Source: Nitrospirota bacterium
GTDB taxonomy: Bacteria > Nitrospirota > UBA9217
Length of the DNA: 64,000 bases
Direction: 5' to 3'
Assembly (NCBI GenBank): GCA_963754875.1
Contig: CAVWHO010000020.1
Coordinates: 320,001 to 384,000 of the forward strand
Each line of letters starts with the position of its first letter. The first letter of the stretch is position 1. The notes below the pieces were generated by a model. That model saw only the letters and a program-made list of their open reading frames with translations, made no database searches and had not been told where the DNA came from. Positions 43,580 to 54,173 of this stretch are shown here, one piece after another. The position numbers were made by a program, and so were the translations under genes.

Positions 43580-44101
43580 ATGAATAAGATTGCTCTGTTT
43601 TTTTGTTTTATGATATGTATAAATTCAGCTTATGCCGAGATGCCCTATGATTATCCAAACCAGCCACAGGGATTTAGGAACATATCGTGGGGGGAGAATT
43701 TGACAAAGGTAAAGGGCATGAGGAAGATGTATGTCAGCGATGAGGACAGTGATATCGTAACTTTTGCCCGGGATAAAGATGTATTGCAAATAGGAGCTGC
43801 AAAATTAGATTTCATTCGGTATGTTTCATGGAAAAATAGATTTTCCGGTGTGATTATTTCTTTTAAGGGATCTACCAATCATGAAGGATTAAAAGCGACA
43901 TTATTCGAAAAATTCGGGAAAGGACAACAACACGATGCCGGGAATAGTCTGGAATGGTTTGGAAAAGATACAAACATTATTTTAGAATATAATGCCGCGA
44001 CCAGAGAGGGTTCGTTGATGTTTTATGGCAACAAAATACGTGCTGAGGAAGATGCATACAGGAAGAAAAAAGCCAAGGAAGGGGCGGCAAAAGACTTTTA
44101 A
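43580..44101 (+). CDS. Exported hypothetical protein
   Basis: Signal peptide (..SAYA), GFRNISWG motif, AT-rich, GAGG RBS. Confidence 0.7.
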   Translation: MNKIALFFCFMICINSAYAEMPYDYPNQPQGFRNISWGENLTKVKGMRKMYVSDEDSDIVTFARDKDVLQIGAAKLDFIRYVSWKNRFSGVIISFKGSTNHEGLKATLFEKFGKGQQHDAGNSLEWFGKDTNIILEYNAATREGSLMFYGNKIRAEEDAYRKKKAKEGAAKDF

Positions 44102-44703
44102 GCGCACAAGTCACGAGGTGCGTCACGGCAATTGTCGATGCAAATACTGTTTTTAACCTTTTACCACACAGAGGACCACTGAATAGTTCACTTAGGCAAC
44201 TCGATAGATTTCCCCCCGGATATTCCTTGAACCTGGTTGCAAAGATACTTTATAGATGACATGACAATGTTTAATTGTTACGAAGGACGGGAACGGATTA
44301 CCGAAGCCGGCAAAGCCCTCGGATTCTATTGCCCAAGGTCAGGGAAACGCTTGAGCAAGAATAGAACGGGGGCAATGCTCGAGACTGCGGAGTGATCGCC
44401 CGCCCTTCTACTCATTGCCCACAGGCAACTTGCAATCCGAATTTGCTGCTTGTCCTAACCAACGAGACCTGCACGCTCATGTGCCGAATTTTCTTTTAAC
44501 CACTCCGCTGCCTCAAATCAGACCCGTGATATACCCTAAACATACCCTTATCGGAGTATGGCGTTATCCTTCGGTTGGTGATTGGTAAAAAAAATCGAGG
44601 CCGGGTGCGGATATTTTTATTCAAAAAGGCCAGTGAGTTCAAAATCTTGCTCTTTTAATGCAGAGCAAACCCACTCATTGAAGAGGGGGCTAGAGGAGGG
44701 TGT

Positions 44704-45069
44704 ATGAAATTACGAGGCAAGAGGTGGCAATGCAGTGCATGCGGAACGGAAAATGACACTGCATCAAAAACGTGTACGAATTGCGGCGCGCTAGTACATG
44801 AGGGACCCGTGTCCAAGTACAAAGGCTCCCGAAGGATAGCAAAAGCCGTTTCCATTAGTGGATGGTTCATTGTTGTATTAAGTGTTTACGGGCTATTACA
44901 TCTTGGGCTCACCATGATGAGCTTGTATTTGATTTTAGGGGGATTTTTCAGCGGGTTTCTATTGGTAGTTGCAGGTCAATTTGCACGTGCAATAATTGAT
45001 AATGCTGATAATACCGGCCAAATACTGGCGCTTATGAAAAGTAAAAAAAATGAACGGGTTGTTCAATAG
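44704..45069 (+). CDS. Zinc-ribbon membrane protein
   Basis: WQCSACG...CTNCG followed by two TM segments. GGAGG RBS. Confidence 0.7.
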   Translation: MKLRGKRWQCSACGTENDTASKTCTNCGALVHEGPVSKYKGSRRIAKAVSISGWFIVVLSVYGLLHLGLTMMSLYLILGGFFSGFLLVVAGQFARAIIDNADNTGQILALMKSKKNERVVQ

Positions 45070-45077
45070 CCTTCCTG

Positions 45078-45800
45078 TCAGTCCTCGCTTCCCCGTTCAA
45101 TACCGGTATGTTGGTTACCTTCAACGCAGTCTATGAATCTCATAAGCAACGACTTGTCCAGGTCCGTCAGTTCCAGGAATTTCACCCCTATGTCGTAATC
45201 TGCATGCATCCTATGCTGGTGTTTGCGGCAGGAAACAACTTTGCCCATAAAGTTTACAGGAGCACAATCGTTGGGTGACAACTCCAGGAGGACCATGCTG
45301 TCTATGTTCAAGTGATGATTGGTTTGAATAATTACGCCGCTGAGGCTGATTTCTTTTATTCCGAACTGCGTCGGCAGATTCAGAACCTTTTCGTCGGGCG
45401 TGGTGATGCGAAACCGGATAAAGCAAGAGAACCAGTCAGCCTGCTCCGGTACCGGTGTTTTCCGGTGGTTTTCAATTGAAGCAAGAAAATCTTTGACCTT
45501 CCCCACCGATGCCTCGTTAAACAATATCCCCACCGAGTAGATCGTAACTTGGACCCCCTCAGCTCTTTCCTCAATTCCGCTTAATTCTGAACGAACCACT
45601 ACCCCCTTTACATTAATAGGCTTCCCTTCGTATCCCAGCATCATCAAACACTCTTTCCCTATGTTAAGTTTCCTGTCCGCCTTGAACGCAACCCCGCCCA
45701 AGCTGATATCAATGATTTCTACACTGCCGACCAAGCTTATCTTGCTGTTCAGATCGATTACATCCAATTTGAATCTCTTATGCTTCCTCATCTGCCGCAT
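45078..45800 (-). CDS. Tandem PilZ-domain protein
   Basis: RKHKRF plus DISLGG; second domain with EISLSG and IGVKF. Confidence 0.85.
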   Translation of the reverse strand: MRQMRKHKRFKLDVIDLNSKISLVGSVEIIDISLGGVAFKADRKLNIGKECLMMLGYEGKPINVKGVVVRSELSGIEERAEGVQVTIYSVGILFNEASVGKVKDFLASIENHRKTPVPEQADWFSCFIRFRITTPDEKVLNLPTQFGIKEISLSGVIIQTNHHLNIDSMVLLELSPNDCAPVNFMGKVVSCRKHQHRMHADYDIGVKFLELTDLDKSLLMRFIDCVEGNQHTGIERGSED

Positions 45801-46167
45801 TTTGTGACTCCAATTGCTACCTTCCCTGATTTCGTATGGATGGCACTGGCCTTTTCACCGTAGAGATAAGACCATAATGTATGTTTCCGGCGACCCTTGC
45901 CCGATCTGCTCTCTGCATCATCACTGCCTTTAATTTGGGTCGTTCAACTTCCTTCGCTCTTCGCCTGATCCTCGTCCTTACTCCGAAAATTTGTACCTCC
46001 CGCGACTCTGATTATGGTAACATAAAACCCGAAGAAGGGCAATCATGGGTGGAGAAAAAGGATTGCTCCCAAGCAAACCATCAGAAGTTCGTGCGATGCC
46101 GATGACTGACATCGAAAAGATATTTTAAGCGCAGACATCAGCGGATGAGGTTGATATTTTACATGCT

Positions 46168-46869
46168 TCAAAGCATGGCAACTTTATCGACAGAATGCCT
46201 TGCCAGCAAATTATCTCTGTAGAGGAGCAGTTTAAAATATTCGAATATCAGTTCGCTCAACGTAGCATGATAATTCGATGCATAAATGCTAAGAGCTATG
46301 CCTCGGCCGTTTACATACTTTGAAAAAGCCAACCATGTCCTCATGGTGTGGTAGGGAGAAGTCACGAGGACCAGATGTGTATACCCCCTCTGCGAGGCAG
46401 TATCGGCAATACTCTTTGCCTCTGTTAATGTTCCAAAGAAGCGACGCTTTAATGTTACTAATTCTATATCTTCTTTTTTCACGCCGCTGTTAGCCAATGT
46501 TTTTATAAACCATTCATCATTTGTTAAATTCCTGTGAAGATGATGGTCGTATTCTGTTATTCCCGGCCTGCTTAACGACAATATTCTTTTACACAGGCCG
46601 TGATGATACAACTCGGCGGCAGTTCCGATTTTTCGTATAAGTTCATTTTGAGATCCGCCCAGTACGTAGACGACATTATCCGACTGTGCAGGAGAAGAAA
46701 TAGAGGAAGTTTCCGGGAGAGGCTCGACTTTTGTCAGTTCACCGATGAGCAGACGATAGAGCTCCTTATGGCCGGGAAAAGTTTCAGCGCGGATAAATAA
46801 TACACAGAAGATGGCAAAAACACCGATACCGAGGATGAGGGGGCGTTTTTTCAGGAGATATGTATTCAT
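46168..46869 (-). CDS. YdcF/DUF218 (SanA/ElyC-like) family protein
   Basis: VYVLGG, GTLTEA, VLVTSPYHTMR, EYFKL. N-terminal TM helix. Confidence 0.8.
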   Translation of the reverse strand: MNTYLLKKRPLILGIGVFAIFCVLFIRAETFPGHKELYRLLIGELTKVEPLPETSSISSPAQSDNVVYVLGGSQNELIRKIGTAAELYHHGLCKRILSLSRPGITEYDHHLHRNLTNDEWFIKTLANSGVKKEDIELVTLKRRFFGTLTEAKSIADTASQRGYTHLVLVTSPYHTMRTWLAFSKYVNGRGIALSIYASNYHATLSELIFEYFKLLLYRDNLLARHSVDKVAML

Positions 46870-47421
46870 CGATATTATTGAGCATTGTCAAGTTTATATC
46901 GTGAAATAAACATGACCGCGTGTTGTATGCTGAAAAGGGAATTATTCTTTACAAGAATGGCGCTGCACCATAATTCATGGTTACAAAGTTCTTCGCCCTA
47001 TCAGAAATAGTTATACATCAATTTGTATCGAAAATCTACCTCTATGGCACAATCGATAAGTACAGCTTACAGAAAGAATATCGCCCTTCAGATTGTAGCC
47101 GATATTCAGCACCTCAATCACATCAGGTTCTCTGTGAGTGACTTAGCCATCGCATCACGCAATGGCAGAGATACATTGAACCCCATAGAATATAGCGGAT
47201 TATTAGAGCAAATTCTGTAGGTCCCTCACCTGCGTTTGATGAGTATATCAGTTTTCTGCACAGGCAAAATCGATAAAATTATCCTTTTGTGCCGTAAAAC
47301 CCCGCCTCTTGGTGGGGATGTAAGGCACTGGTTGCAACGCAACCCGATAAGTTGCTAAGTATTGAAATCTTTACCTCTATGATATAATATGTGGAATGCT
47401 TGAAACCGCTGAGGAGATTCC

Positions 47422-50400
47422 ATGAATAACAAAACAACGACAAATGGGCCCGCTTTTAATTCGGAATTGGAGCTCAAATATCGAACGCTTTTCGAACAAT
47501 CAGCCGACGGCATCCTCATTCTCGACCCCGAGGGAAATATTCTGGAGTTCAATACCAACGCGCATTTGCAATTGGGGTACACAAGGGAAGAGTTTGAGAA
47601 ACTCCGTATTGCCGATCTCGACCCGGAGGAGACCCCGGCAGAAATAAGGGGAAAAATCCAGGAGATCTTGCGGCAGGGAAAAGCCGAACACGAGGTTAAA
47701 CACATAACCAAGCAGGGGGAGACTAGAGACGTCCACATCATTGTACAGAAGCTTGTTCTGTCAGGCAAACCGATTCTCCACGCTATTTGGCGCGACATCA
47801 CCGACCGTAAGCGGGCGGAGGAGATGCAAAGGAGAATTCAAGATCATGTCCAGGCTCTCTATAACAGTATTACCGATGCCCTGTTTGTTCATAGCGAACT
47901 GCCTGAAAGCGGCCAGCGCTTTTTGGAGGTCAATGACGTGGCCTGCCGGCGCCTCGGTTATACGCGTGATGAGTTGCTTTGCCTGTCGCCGAAAGACATC
48001 GATGCTCCGGATTCGGGCCTGGACATCGAATCTATCGTGGAACAAGTCGCGGCAGGGAAATCAGTGGTTTTCGAGCAGGTCCATGTTGCAAAGGACGGAA
48101 GACGTATACCGGTCGAGATCAGTGCAAAACTGCTCACGCTGGAAGGTAAACCGGCCGTTTTATCGATGGTTCGCGACATCACCGAACGAAAGCAAGCGGA
48201 GGAAAAGCTTCAGAAAAGCGAGGCCGAGCTTTCAGAATCACAACGTGTGGCGCACATCGGCAGTTGGGACTGGGACGTCCGGACGGATATAATATCGTGG
48301 TCCAACGAATTATACCATATTTTCAATATTGATCCGGATGCGATTCGGCGTAATTATCTCAAGCATTTGAAACTGTACACGCCTGAAAGCATCGAGAGGC
48401 TTGATGCGTCGGTGAAAAAAACCCTAGAAACAGGAGAACCGTACAAGCTCGACCTTGAAGTGGCTAATCCAAGCACCGAAATACAGTGGATTGCCGCGAG
48501 AGGCGAAGTCAAGCGGGATTTGGGTGGGAGCATTACCGGCCTTCATGGCACAGCTCAGGATATCACCGAACGCAAACTGGCTGAGGAGAAGCTCCGGCAA
48601 AGCGAGACTAAATACCGCTACCTGTTCGAGTCGTCGATGGACGGGATTTTCATCCTGGGTCTTGATGGACACTTTATCGACGTTAACCGGACCGCCTATG
48701 AACGCCTGGGATATACGCGGGAGGAGATGCTCGCCCTGAATGTAAGAAACTTCACCTCCCCCGAGTTTGCCCGCCAGGTCCCGGAACGGATGGCGCAGGT
48801 ACGCGAGCGCGGGATGGCGGTTTTCGAATCCAGCCACCTGCGCAAGGACGGTTCCGCGATGCCGGTGGAAGTAAATGCGCGACTGATCGAGTACGACGGG
48901 AAAATGGCTCACTTCAGCGTCGCCCGGGACATCACCGAACGCAAACAGGCCGAGGAGAGGATCCGCCAGAGCGAGCAGTTCATTCGGGGCATCCTCGACA
49001 CTGTCGATGAAGGATTCATTGTTGTCGACCGGGACTTCCGCATTCTGACAGTCAACAAGGCCTACTGCAGCCAGGTGGGTGGCTGCGATGAAAACATGAT
49101 CGGAAGTCATTGCTATGAGATGACACACAAGAGCAGCCTGCCCTGCTCCAAAAATGGCGAGGAGTGCGCACCATGCAGGGCATTTGAAACGGGCAAGCCC
49201 CATTCAACAATCCATCGCCACAAAGACCCCAACGGGAACATCCTCTACGTAGAGACCAAGGCCTTTCCCATCAAAGACGCATCCGGCGTTGTAACCTCCG
49301 TCATCGAAACGCTCAACAATATTACGGAACAACATCTTCTTGAAGAAGAACGACTCAAGACCCAGAAACTTGAATCCATAGGCACTCTTGCAGGCGGGAT
49401 CGCCCATGATTTCAACAATCTTTTGCAGGGTGTGTTCGGGTATATCTCCATGGCCAAGATGACCTTCGACCGGAAAGAGAAGTCGTTCGCTATGCTCGAA
49501 CAGGCCGAGAAAGCCCTTCACCAGTCTGTCAATCTTACGGCCCAGCTCCTGACCTTTTCCAAGGGCGGCAAGCCGCTCAAGAAGCTCATAGACCTTCGAA
49601 CGGTCGTCGAGAACTCGGCAAAATTTACGCTTAGTGGCTCGCGATCCGATATCCGTATGAATATTCCGAAAGACCTGTGGCAGGCGGAGGCGGATGAAGG
49701 TCAGCTGGGACAGGTGGTCCAGAACATCGTGCTGAATGCGGACCAGGCCATGCCGCTCGGAGGCACGGTCAGTATTACAGCGGCGAACCTTGCAGGGGGC
49801 GATGCATCACTGCCCCCCCGACTCGCAAAGGCGAACTATGTCGTAATAGCGATCCAGGATGCCGGCGTCGGCATCCCCGAACAGTATCTGAGCAAGATCT
49901 TCGACCCCTATTTCACGACCAAGGACAAGGGAAGCGGCCTGGGGCTGGCAACATCCTACTCGATCGTCAGGAATCATGGCGGCATGATCCATGTCAGGAC
50001 CAAATCCGGCGAAGGCAGCACGTTCATGATCTATCTTCCCGCGATTCCCGGAGAAGGCCGTCGAGACGCCGTAACCGGCCCTGCAAAGGATGCGAAGCCG
50101 CGAGCAGCAAAGATTCTGGTAATGGACGATGAGGAAATTATCAGAAATTTAAGCTGTGAAATTTTCAGGGCACTGGGACATACCGTTGAAGTGGCAATAG
50201 ACGGCCAGGAGGCACTGGAAAAGTATAAGGGTGCGATGGCCGGCAGACCCTTCGATATCGTCATCCTGGATCTGACAGTACGGGGCGGCATGGGAGGAAC
50301 GGAAACGATGCAAAAGCTTCTCGAACTTGATCCCCGGGTGAAGGCGATCGTATCAAGCGGGTATTCCGACGATTTCGCGACGACGAACTACGAAAAACAG

Positions 50401-50478
50401 GGGTTCAAAGCATTTTTGAAGAAACCCTATAATGTTGAGGCTCTCAGGGTGATGCTGAATAAGATGCTTGCTGGTTAA
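47422..50478 (+). CDS. Cytoplasmic multi-PAS hybrid histidine kinase with receiver domain
   Basis: Five PAS/PAC repeats ending in (R/Q)DITE/NNITE, LAGGIAHDFNN, KGSGLGLA, and a receiver domain (ILVMDDEE, LDLTV, KPY). Confidence 0.92.
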   Translation: MNNKTTTNGPAFNSELELKYRTLFEQSADGILILDPEGNILEFNTNAHLQLGYTREEFEKLRIADLDPEETPAEIRGKIQEILRQGKAEHEVKHITKQGETRDVHIIVQKLVLSGKPILHAIWRDITDRKRAEEMQRRIQDHVQALYNSITDALFVHSELPESGQRFLEVNDVACRRLGYTRDELLCLSPKDIDAPDSGLDIESIVEQVAAGKSVVFEQVHVAKDGRRIPVEISAKLLTLEGKPAVLSMVRDITERKQAEEKLQKSEAELSESQRVAHIGSWDWDVRTDIISWSNELYHIFNIDPDAIRRNYLKHLKLYTPESIERLDASVKKTLETGEPYKLDLEVANPSTEIQWIAARGEVKRDLGGSITGLHGTAQDITERKLAEEKLRQSETKYRYLFESSMDGIFILGLDGHFIDVNRTAYERLGYTREEMLALNVRNFTSPEFARQVPERMAQVRERGMAVFESSHLRKDGSAMPVEVNARLIEYDGKMAHFSVARDITERKQAEERIRQSEQFIRGILDTVDEGFIVVDRDFRILTVNKAYCSQVGGCDENMIGSHCYEMTHKSSLPCSKNGEECAPCRAFETGKPHSTIHRHKDPNGNILYVETKAFPIKDASGVVTSVIETLNNITEQHLLEEERLKTQKLESIGTLAGGIAHDFNNLLQGVFGYISMAKMTFDRKEKSFAMLEQAEKALHQSVNLTAQLLTFSKGGKPLKKLIDLRTVVENSAKFTLSGSRSDIRMNIPKDLWQAEADEGQLGQVVQNIVLNADQAMPLGGTVSITAANLAGGDASLPPRLAKANYVVIAIQDAGVGIPEQYLSKIFDPYFTTKDKGSGLGLATSYSIVRNHGGMIHVRTKSGEGSTFMIYLPAIPGEGRRDAVTGPAKDAKPRAAKILVMDDEEIIRNLSCEIFRALGHTVEVAIDGQEALEKYKGAMAGRPFDIVILDLTVRGGMGGTETMQKLLELDPRVKAIVSSGYSDDFATTNYEKQGFKAFLKKPYNVEALRVMLNKMLAG

Positions 50479-50936
50479 TATTTTATATTTAACGTAAGGT
50501 AGGTGCGACATTTGAGACGCACCATGGCAATCGTTGGCATGCCTCACAAAAAACCTAACCGCGCTCAGACCTCGTCAACCTGTTCCGTTCCTCACCCAGT
50601 CCTGCAACGATATTCAACTGCATCTGATCCCTCAAACTTGTAATTACCCGTTCCTGCCGGAGGAGTCGCCACTAAAGTTGTTTCACCACAGTATTCTTCA
50701 AGAAACGACGACCTTAGTATTAGTTCTTATTCAAGGATGCAAATTTCAACACTTTATAAAAAAATCTTTTATTACCATATGAAGAAATCACCTTGACGAA
50801 ATTAACACTGTAATCGTATAATCATCAGGCGAAAAAAAGTGCACAATATTCACGTTTGGAAAATTTTAGATTTGACATTTCTTGCCATGAAAACCATCTT
50901 GGACTCCTCGACCATAGACTTCTCACTTCCCGCATA

Positions 50937-52073
50937 ATGACTGGAAGATTACTCGATAAATCCGATTTTCTCAAATACATTTTCGACACGATACCATCGT
51001 TCATGTTTGTAGTGGACGAGGATGTTCGAATCATTCACTTGAATGCTGCGGCCTTGACGCTCCTCGGCGGAGACTTGAAGCAGGCATTGCACAAACGGGG
51101 CGGCGAGGCATTGCACTGCATTCATTCGACCGAGACCCTGAATGGCTGCGGCCACGCGCCGTCCTGCAAAGACTGTGTGATCAGGAACTCTGTGAACGAG
51201 GCTTTTAAGGGCAGACGGAGACATCGTGAAGAATCGAAATTGGAGCTCGTACGTGATGGCACGGTATGCGGCATCAATGTGAAAATCACGGCCAACCCGC
51301 TCCGGTACAAAGGAAAAGATTTTGTCCTTCTCTTGATTGAGGACATTACTGACCTCAAGAAAAGCGAGGAGCAACTGAAGCAGCACGCAGCCCGGCTGGA
51401 AGACGCAAACAGAGAGCTTGAGGCGTTCAGTTATTCCGTATCTCACGATCTCAAAGCCCCGCTCCGGAGCATATGCGGTTTCAGCGACGTACTTTTGCAG
51501 GATTTTGGCTCGCGTCTGGACGAGGAGGGCAGGGATTTTCTTCAGCGTATCCGCTCATCGGGGCTGCGAATGACGCAGCTCGTCGATGACATGCTGAACC
51601 TTTCCCGTATCACGAAAGAGGAGCTTCGCCGCGAGGAAGCTGATCTCAGCGAACTAGCACTCACCGTTGCTGAAGAAATCATGACGAATAGCCCCGGCCG
51701 CAGTATCAATTTCATCGTCGCGCCCGGCATACGCGCAAGCGGCGATGTCCGACTCATGCGAATCGTCCTGGAAAACCTGCTTGGCAATGCGGCAAAATTC
51801 ACGTCGGACCGCGAGAGCGCACGGATCGAATTCGGTTCGGTCTTTCAAGGCGACAAATGTGCGTACTTTGTGCGGGACAACGGCGCCGGCTTCGACATGG
51901 CGCGAGCCCGTGATCTCTTCACTCCCTTCAAAAGGTTGCATGACGAGTCGAGGTTCCCGGGTAACGGCATTGGATTGACGACGGTACGCCGTATTATCCA
52001 TCGGCATGGCGGCACGATCTGGGCTGAAAGTGCTGTAGAAAAGGGAACAGCGTTTTACTTTACGTTACAGTAA
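50937..52073 (+). CDS. PAS sensor histidine kinase with Cys-rich PAS insert
   Basis: FSYSVSHDLKAPLR, NLLGNAAKF, DNGAGF, GIGL. Sensor region contains HCIH...GCGHAPSCKDC. Confidence 0.88.
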   Translation: MTGRLLDKSDFLKYIFDTIPSFMFVVDEDVRIIHLNAAALTLLGGDLKQALHKRGGEALHCIHSTETLNGCGHAPSCKDCVIRNSVNEAFKGRRRHREESKLELVRDGTVCGINVKITANPLRYKGKDFVLLLIEDITDLKKSEEQLKQHAARLEDANRELEAFSYSVSHDLKAPLRSICGFSDVLLQDFGSRLDEEGRDFLQRIRSSGLRMTQLVDDMLNLSRITKEELRREEADLSELALTVAEEIMTNSPGRSINFIVAPGIRASGDVRLMRIVLENLLGNAAKFTSDRESARIEFGSVFQGDKCAYFVRDNGAGFDMARARDLFTPFKRLHDESRFPGNGIGLTTVRRIIHRHGGTIWAESAVEKGTAFYFTLQ

Positions 52074-52356
52074 ACACCGTTTGGTTATCGGTCATCGGTG
52101 CATGCCGGCAGGTGGTCGATGAATCCCGCGACTTGCAATCCCCCGGTTCCCGCCTGGGGTAATGTGTCGTAAACCGCTATTTCTCCCCGAACGATCTGAA
52201 AGATCCTGCTCGTACTGTGGGGTAACAAAACCTTCCTGAAATTTACAACAGCGGCAGGTTTCGGAACGTGCGGACGTCATGCGGAAATATTCGGCCCAAG
52301 GCGACGCTCCACGATGATATCGATGGAGATTATTTCAATATTGGATGGTGTTGCTC

Positions 52357-52695
52357 ATGAGTTCATACAACAATGAAAAAAGGATCAAACGAAGGATGAA
52401 GCAGGAGTTGGTGGTGGGCGTCAGGACCAAGATGGGACTAATCAATGTGGCCTACACAATTGATCTATCCCGTAGCGGTGTAAAGGTTGGAAGCCCGCTG
52501 CTTCTGCTTTCCCTTGGAGAACAGGTGGAGCTCGTAATTGATAAACAGGGAGAAAAATATCCGTTCTCAGGCCGGGTTGAAAGAGAGGACGGGAATTATT
52601 ACATCAACCGCATAAGCCGCAGCGTAAATACATTTTTTATCAGGATTGACGACGACCGGTTTCCAAAATTTGTTATCGACAATTATTTCTTATAA
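52357..52695 (+). CDS. PilZ-domain protein
   Basis: EKRIKRR plus DLSRSG motifs. Confidence 0.75.
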   Translation: MSSYNNEKRIKRRMKQELVVGVRTKMGLINVAYTIDLSRSGVKVGSPLLLLSLGEQVELVIDKQGEKYPFSGRVEREDGNYYINRISRSVNTFFIRIDDDRFPKFVIDNYFL

Positions 52696-52904
52696 TGTTT
52701 AGCATATACTTTTTACGCGTCTACTGCAATTAGTAGCCGGGGGTATCTGTTTCGGGCAGATCACGAAAAAATTTTCGTTTATCCTTTCCCTGACTGAATA
52801 TGATTTTTTCTGCCTGGCAGCAGCTGCTGCATTCCCCCTTTTTTGCGTAGACATCATTTCTCAGAAGGAGTATCCTGAGAACAGTCATTTGTGAGGGAAC
52901 TACC

Positions 52905-53639
52905 ATGCAACACCTGAGACGACATCAAAGATACGGCCTGGATTTAATGGACGTAAAGGGCAAGATGAGTTTATCCGAAAAAGTCGAGATCCTTGATATC
53001 AGTCTCGGCGGAGTTGCCTTAAAAGTGGACCGAAGACTGAATCCCGGCAGAGAATATATGATCAAGCTGCACGATAAAGAGAATACTCTTAATGTAATGG
53101 GCATGATAGTCCGTTCCGAGCTCAGCGGAATGGAGACGAGAGACAATGGAGAAAGTGTCTCCATATACGCGGCAAGCATGCAGTTTAAAGATGGTTCAAC
53201 GGACCGGGTCGCCGATTTTCTTAAATCAATAGTGCCGAACCAAAAAAAGCCAGCCCCAATACCAGGGGAGCGGAGACTCGCTGTCAGGTCGCAAACTCCC
53301 GAGCCGCAGGAGAATATTTTGTGCTATCCCGCCAACTTCAAGGTGAAAACAGTCAGCCTCAGCGGCATGCTCATTCAGACTGATCAGGCCCTGGCAATAG
53401 AAAGCAAAGTCCCCATGGGATTGCCTCTGAATGACGGCACCACGGTCAACTTTACCGGACGAGTTGTTTCATGCCAAATGAAGGAAGACAAGGGGCAACA
53501 AACACACTTCGATATAGGGTCGGAGTTTATCGATCTGACAGACAAGGATAAAGCGTTGCTCCAAATGTTCATAGACCAGTGGACAACAATGGAAAACAGC
53601 ATCGCAAGAGAAAAAGAACACTCAGAGGGTCGTACCTGA
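52905..53639 (+). CDS. Tandem PilZ-domain protein (paralog of 45078-45800)
   Basis: RRHQRY plus DISLGG; ERRLAVR plus VSLSG; IGSEF. Confidence 0.85.
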   Translation: MQHLRRHQRYGLDLMDVKGKMSLSEKVEILDISLGGVALKVDRRLNPGREYMIKLHDKENTLNVMGMIVRSELSGMETRDNGESVSIYAASMQFKDGSTDRVADFLKSIVPNQKKPAPIPGERRLAVRSQTPEPQENILCYPANFKVKTVSLSGMLIQTDQALAIESKVPMGLPLNDGTTVNFTGRVVSCQMKEDKGQQTHFDIGSEFIDLTDKDKALLQMFIDQWTTMENSIAREKEHSEGRT

Positions 53640-54138
53640 ACGTCGTTGCCGGGAGAACCAATCGGGACATCCTGTATTGATTAAGATAGCAATAAACCAG
53701 CTTGCTTTTTCAACATGATAACCATGCCGGCTTCTTTTGAACGCACTGATCCTGTACAACGAGCAATCCGGTCCCTTTTTTGACATTATCTAAAAATACC
53801 CCCCCTTTACTAAATATCTTGCAATAAATAAACGAATATGATGGTAAAGTATCATATCTTTGTGTCATAATGTTTAATTTCCATTATAAACCTCCTGCAT
53901 TGCGCTGGTTTCTTTCTGTTTTATCAAGCATGTAAAATCTATTTGCCGAGTAGTTCTTCGACCACACAGGCCCGTACCAGAGCGTACTGCAGTGGCTCGG
54001 GGGAACGTCGTTCGGGAGCACGGGTTTTCTGAGCCGCGAGATCCAGATGTTTGCTGACTCAGATGCAGATCTGACCGCGCTTCTGAACGAACTGCTTTCC
54101 GGCAGAAGCCGGGAACCTATAGGGTCAGGTCTTTTAAT

Positions 54139-54167
54139 TTGACATTCTCCTTTTTCAGTGCTAATCT
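54139..54167 (+). promoter_or_regulatory. sigma70 promoter overlapping the left repeat; probably yields a leaderless transposase mRNA
   Basis: TTGACA-17 bp-TAATCT with extended TG. ATG begins 7 nt downstream and there is no Shine-Dalgarno sequence. Confidence 0.6.
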
Positions 54168-54173
54168 CGCCGC

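Noticed and set aside
47790..48960. Recurrent GACATCACCGAACG-like sequences
   Set aside because: These encode the PAC-motif DITER ends of the PAS repeats and are not a DNA repeat array.
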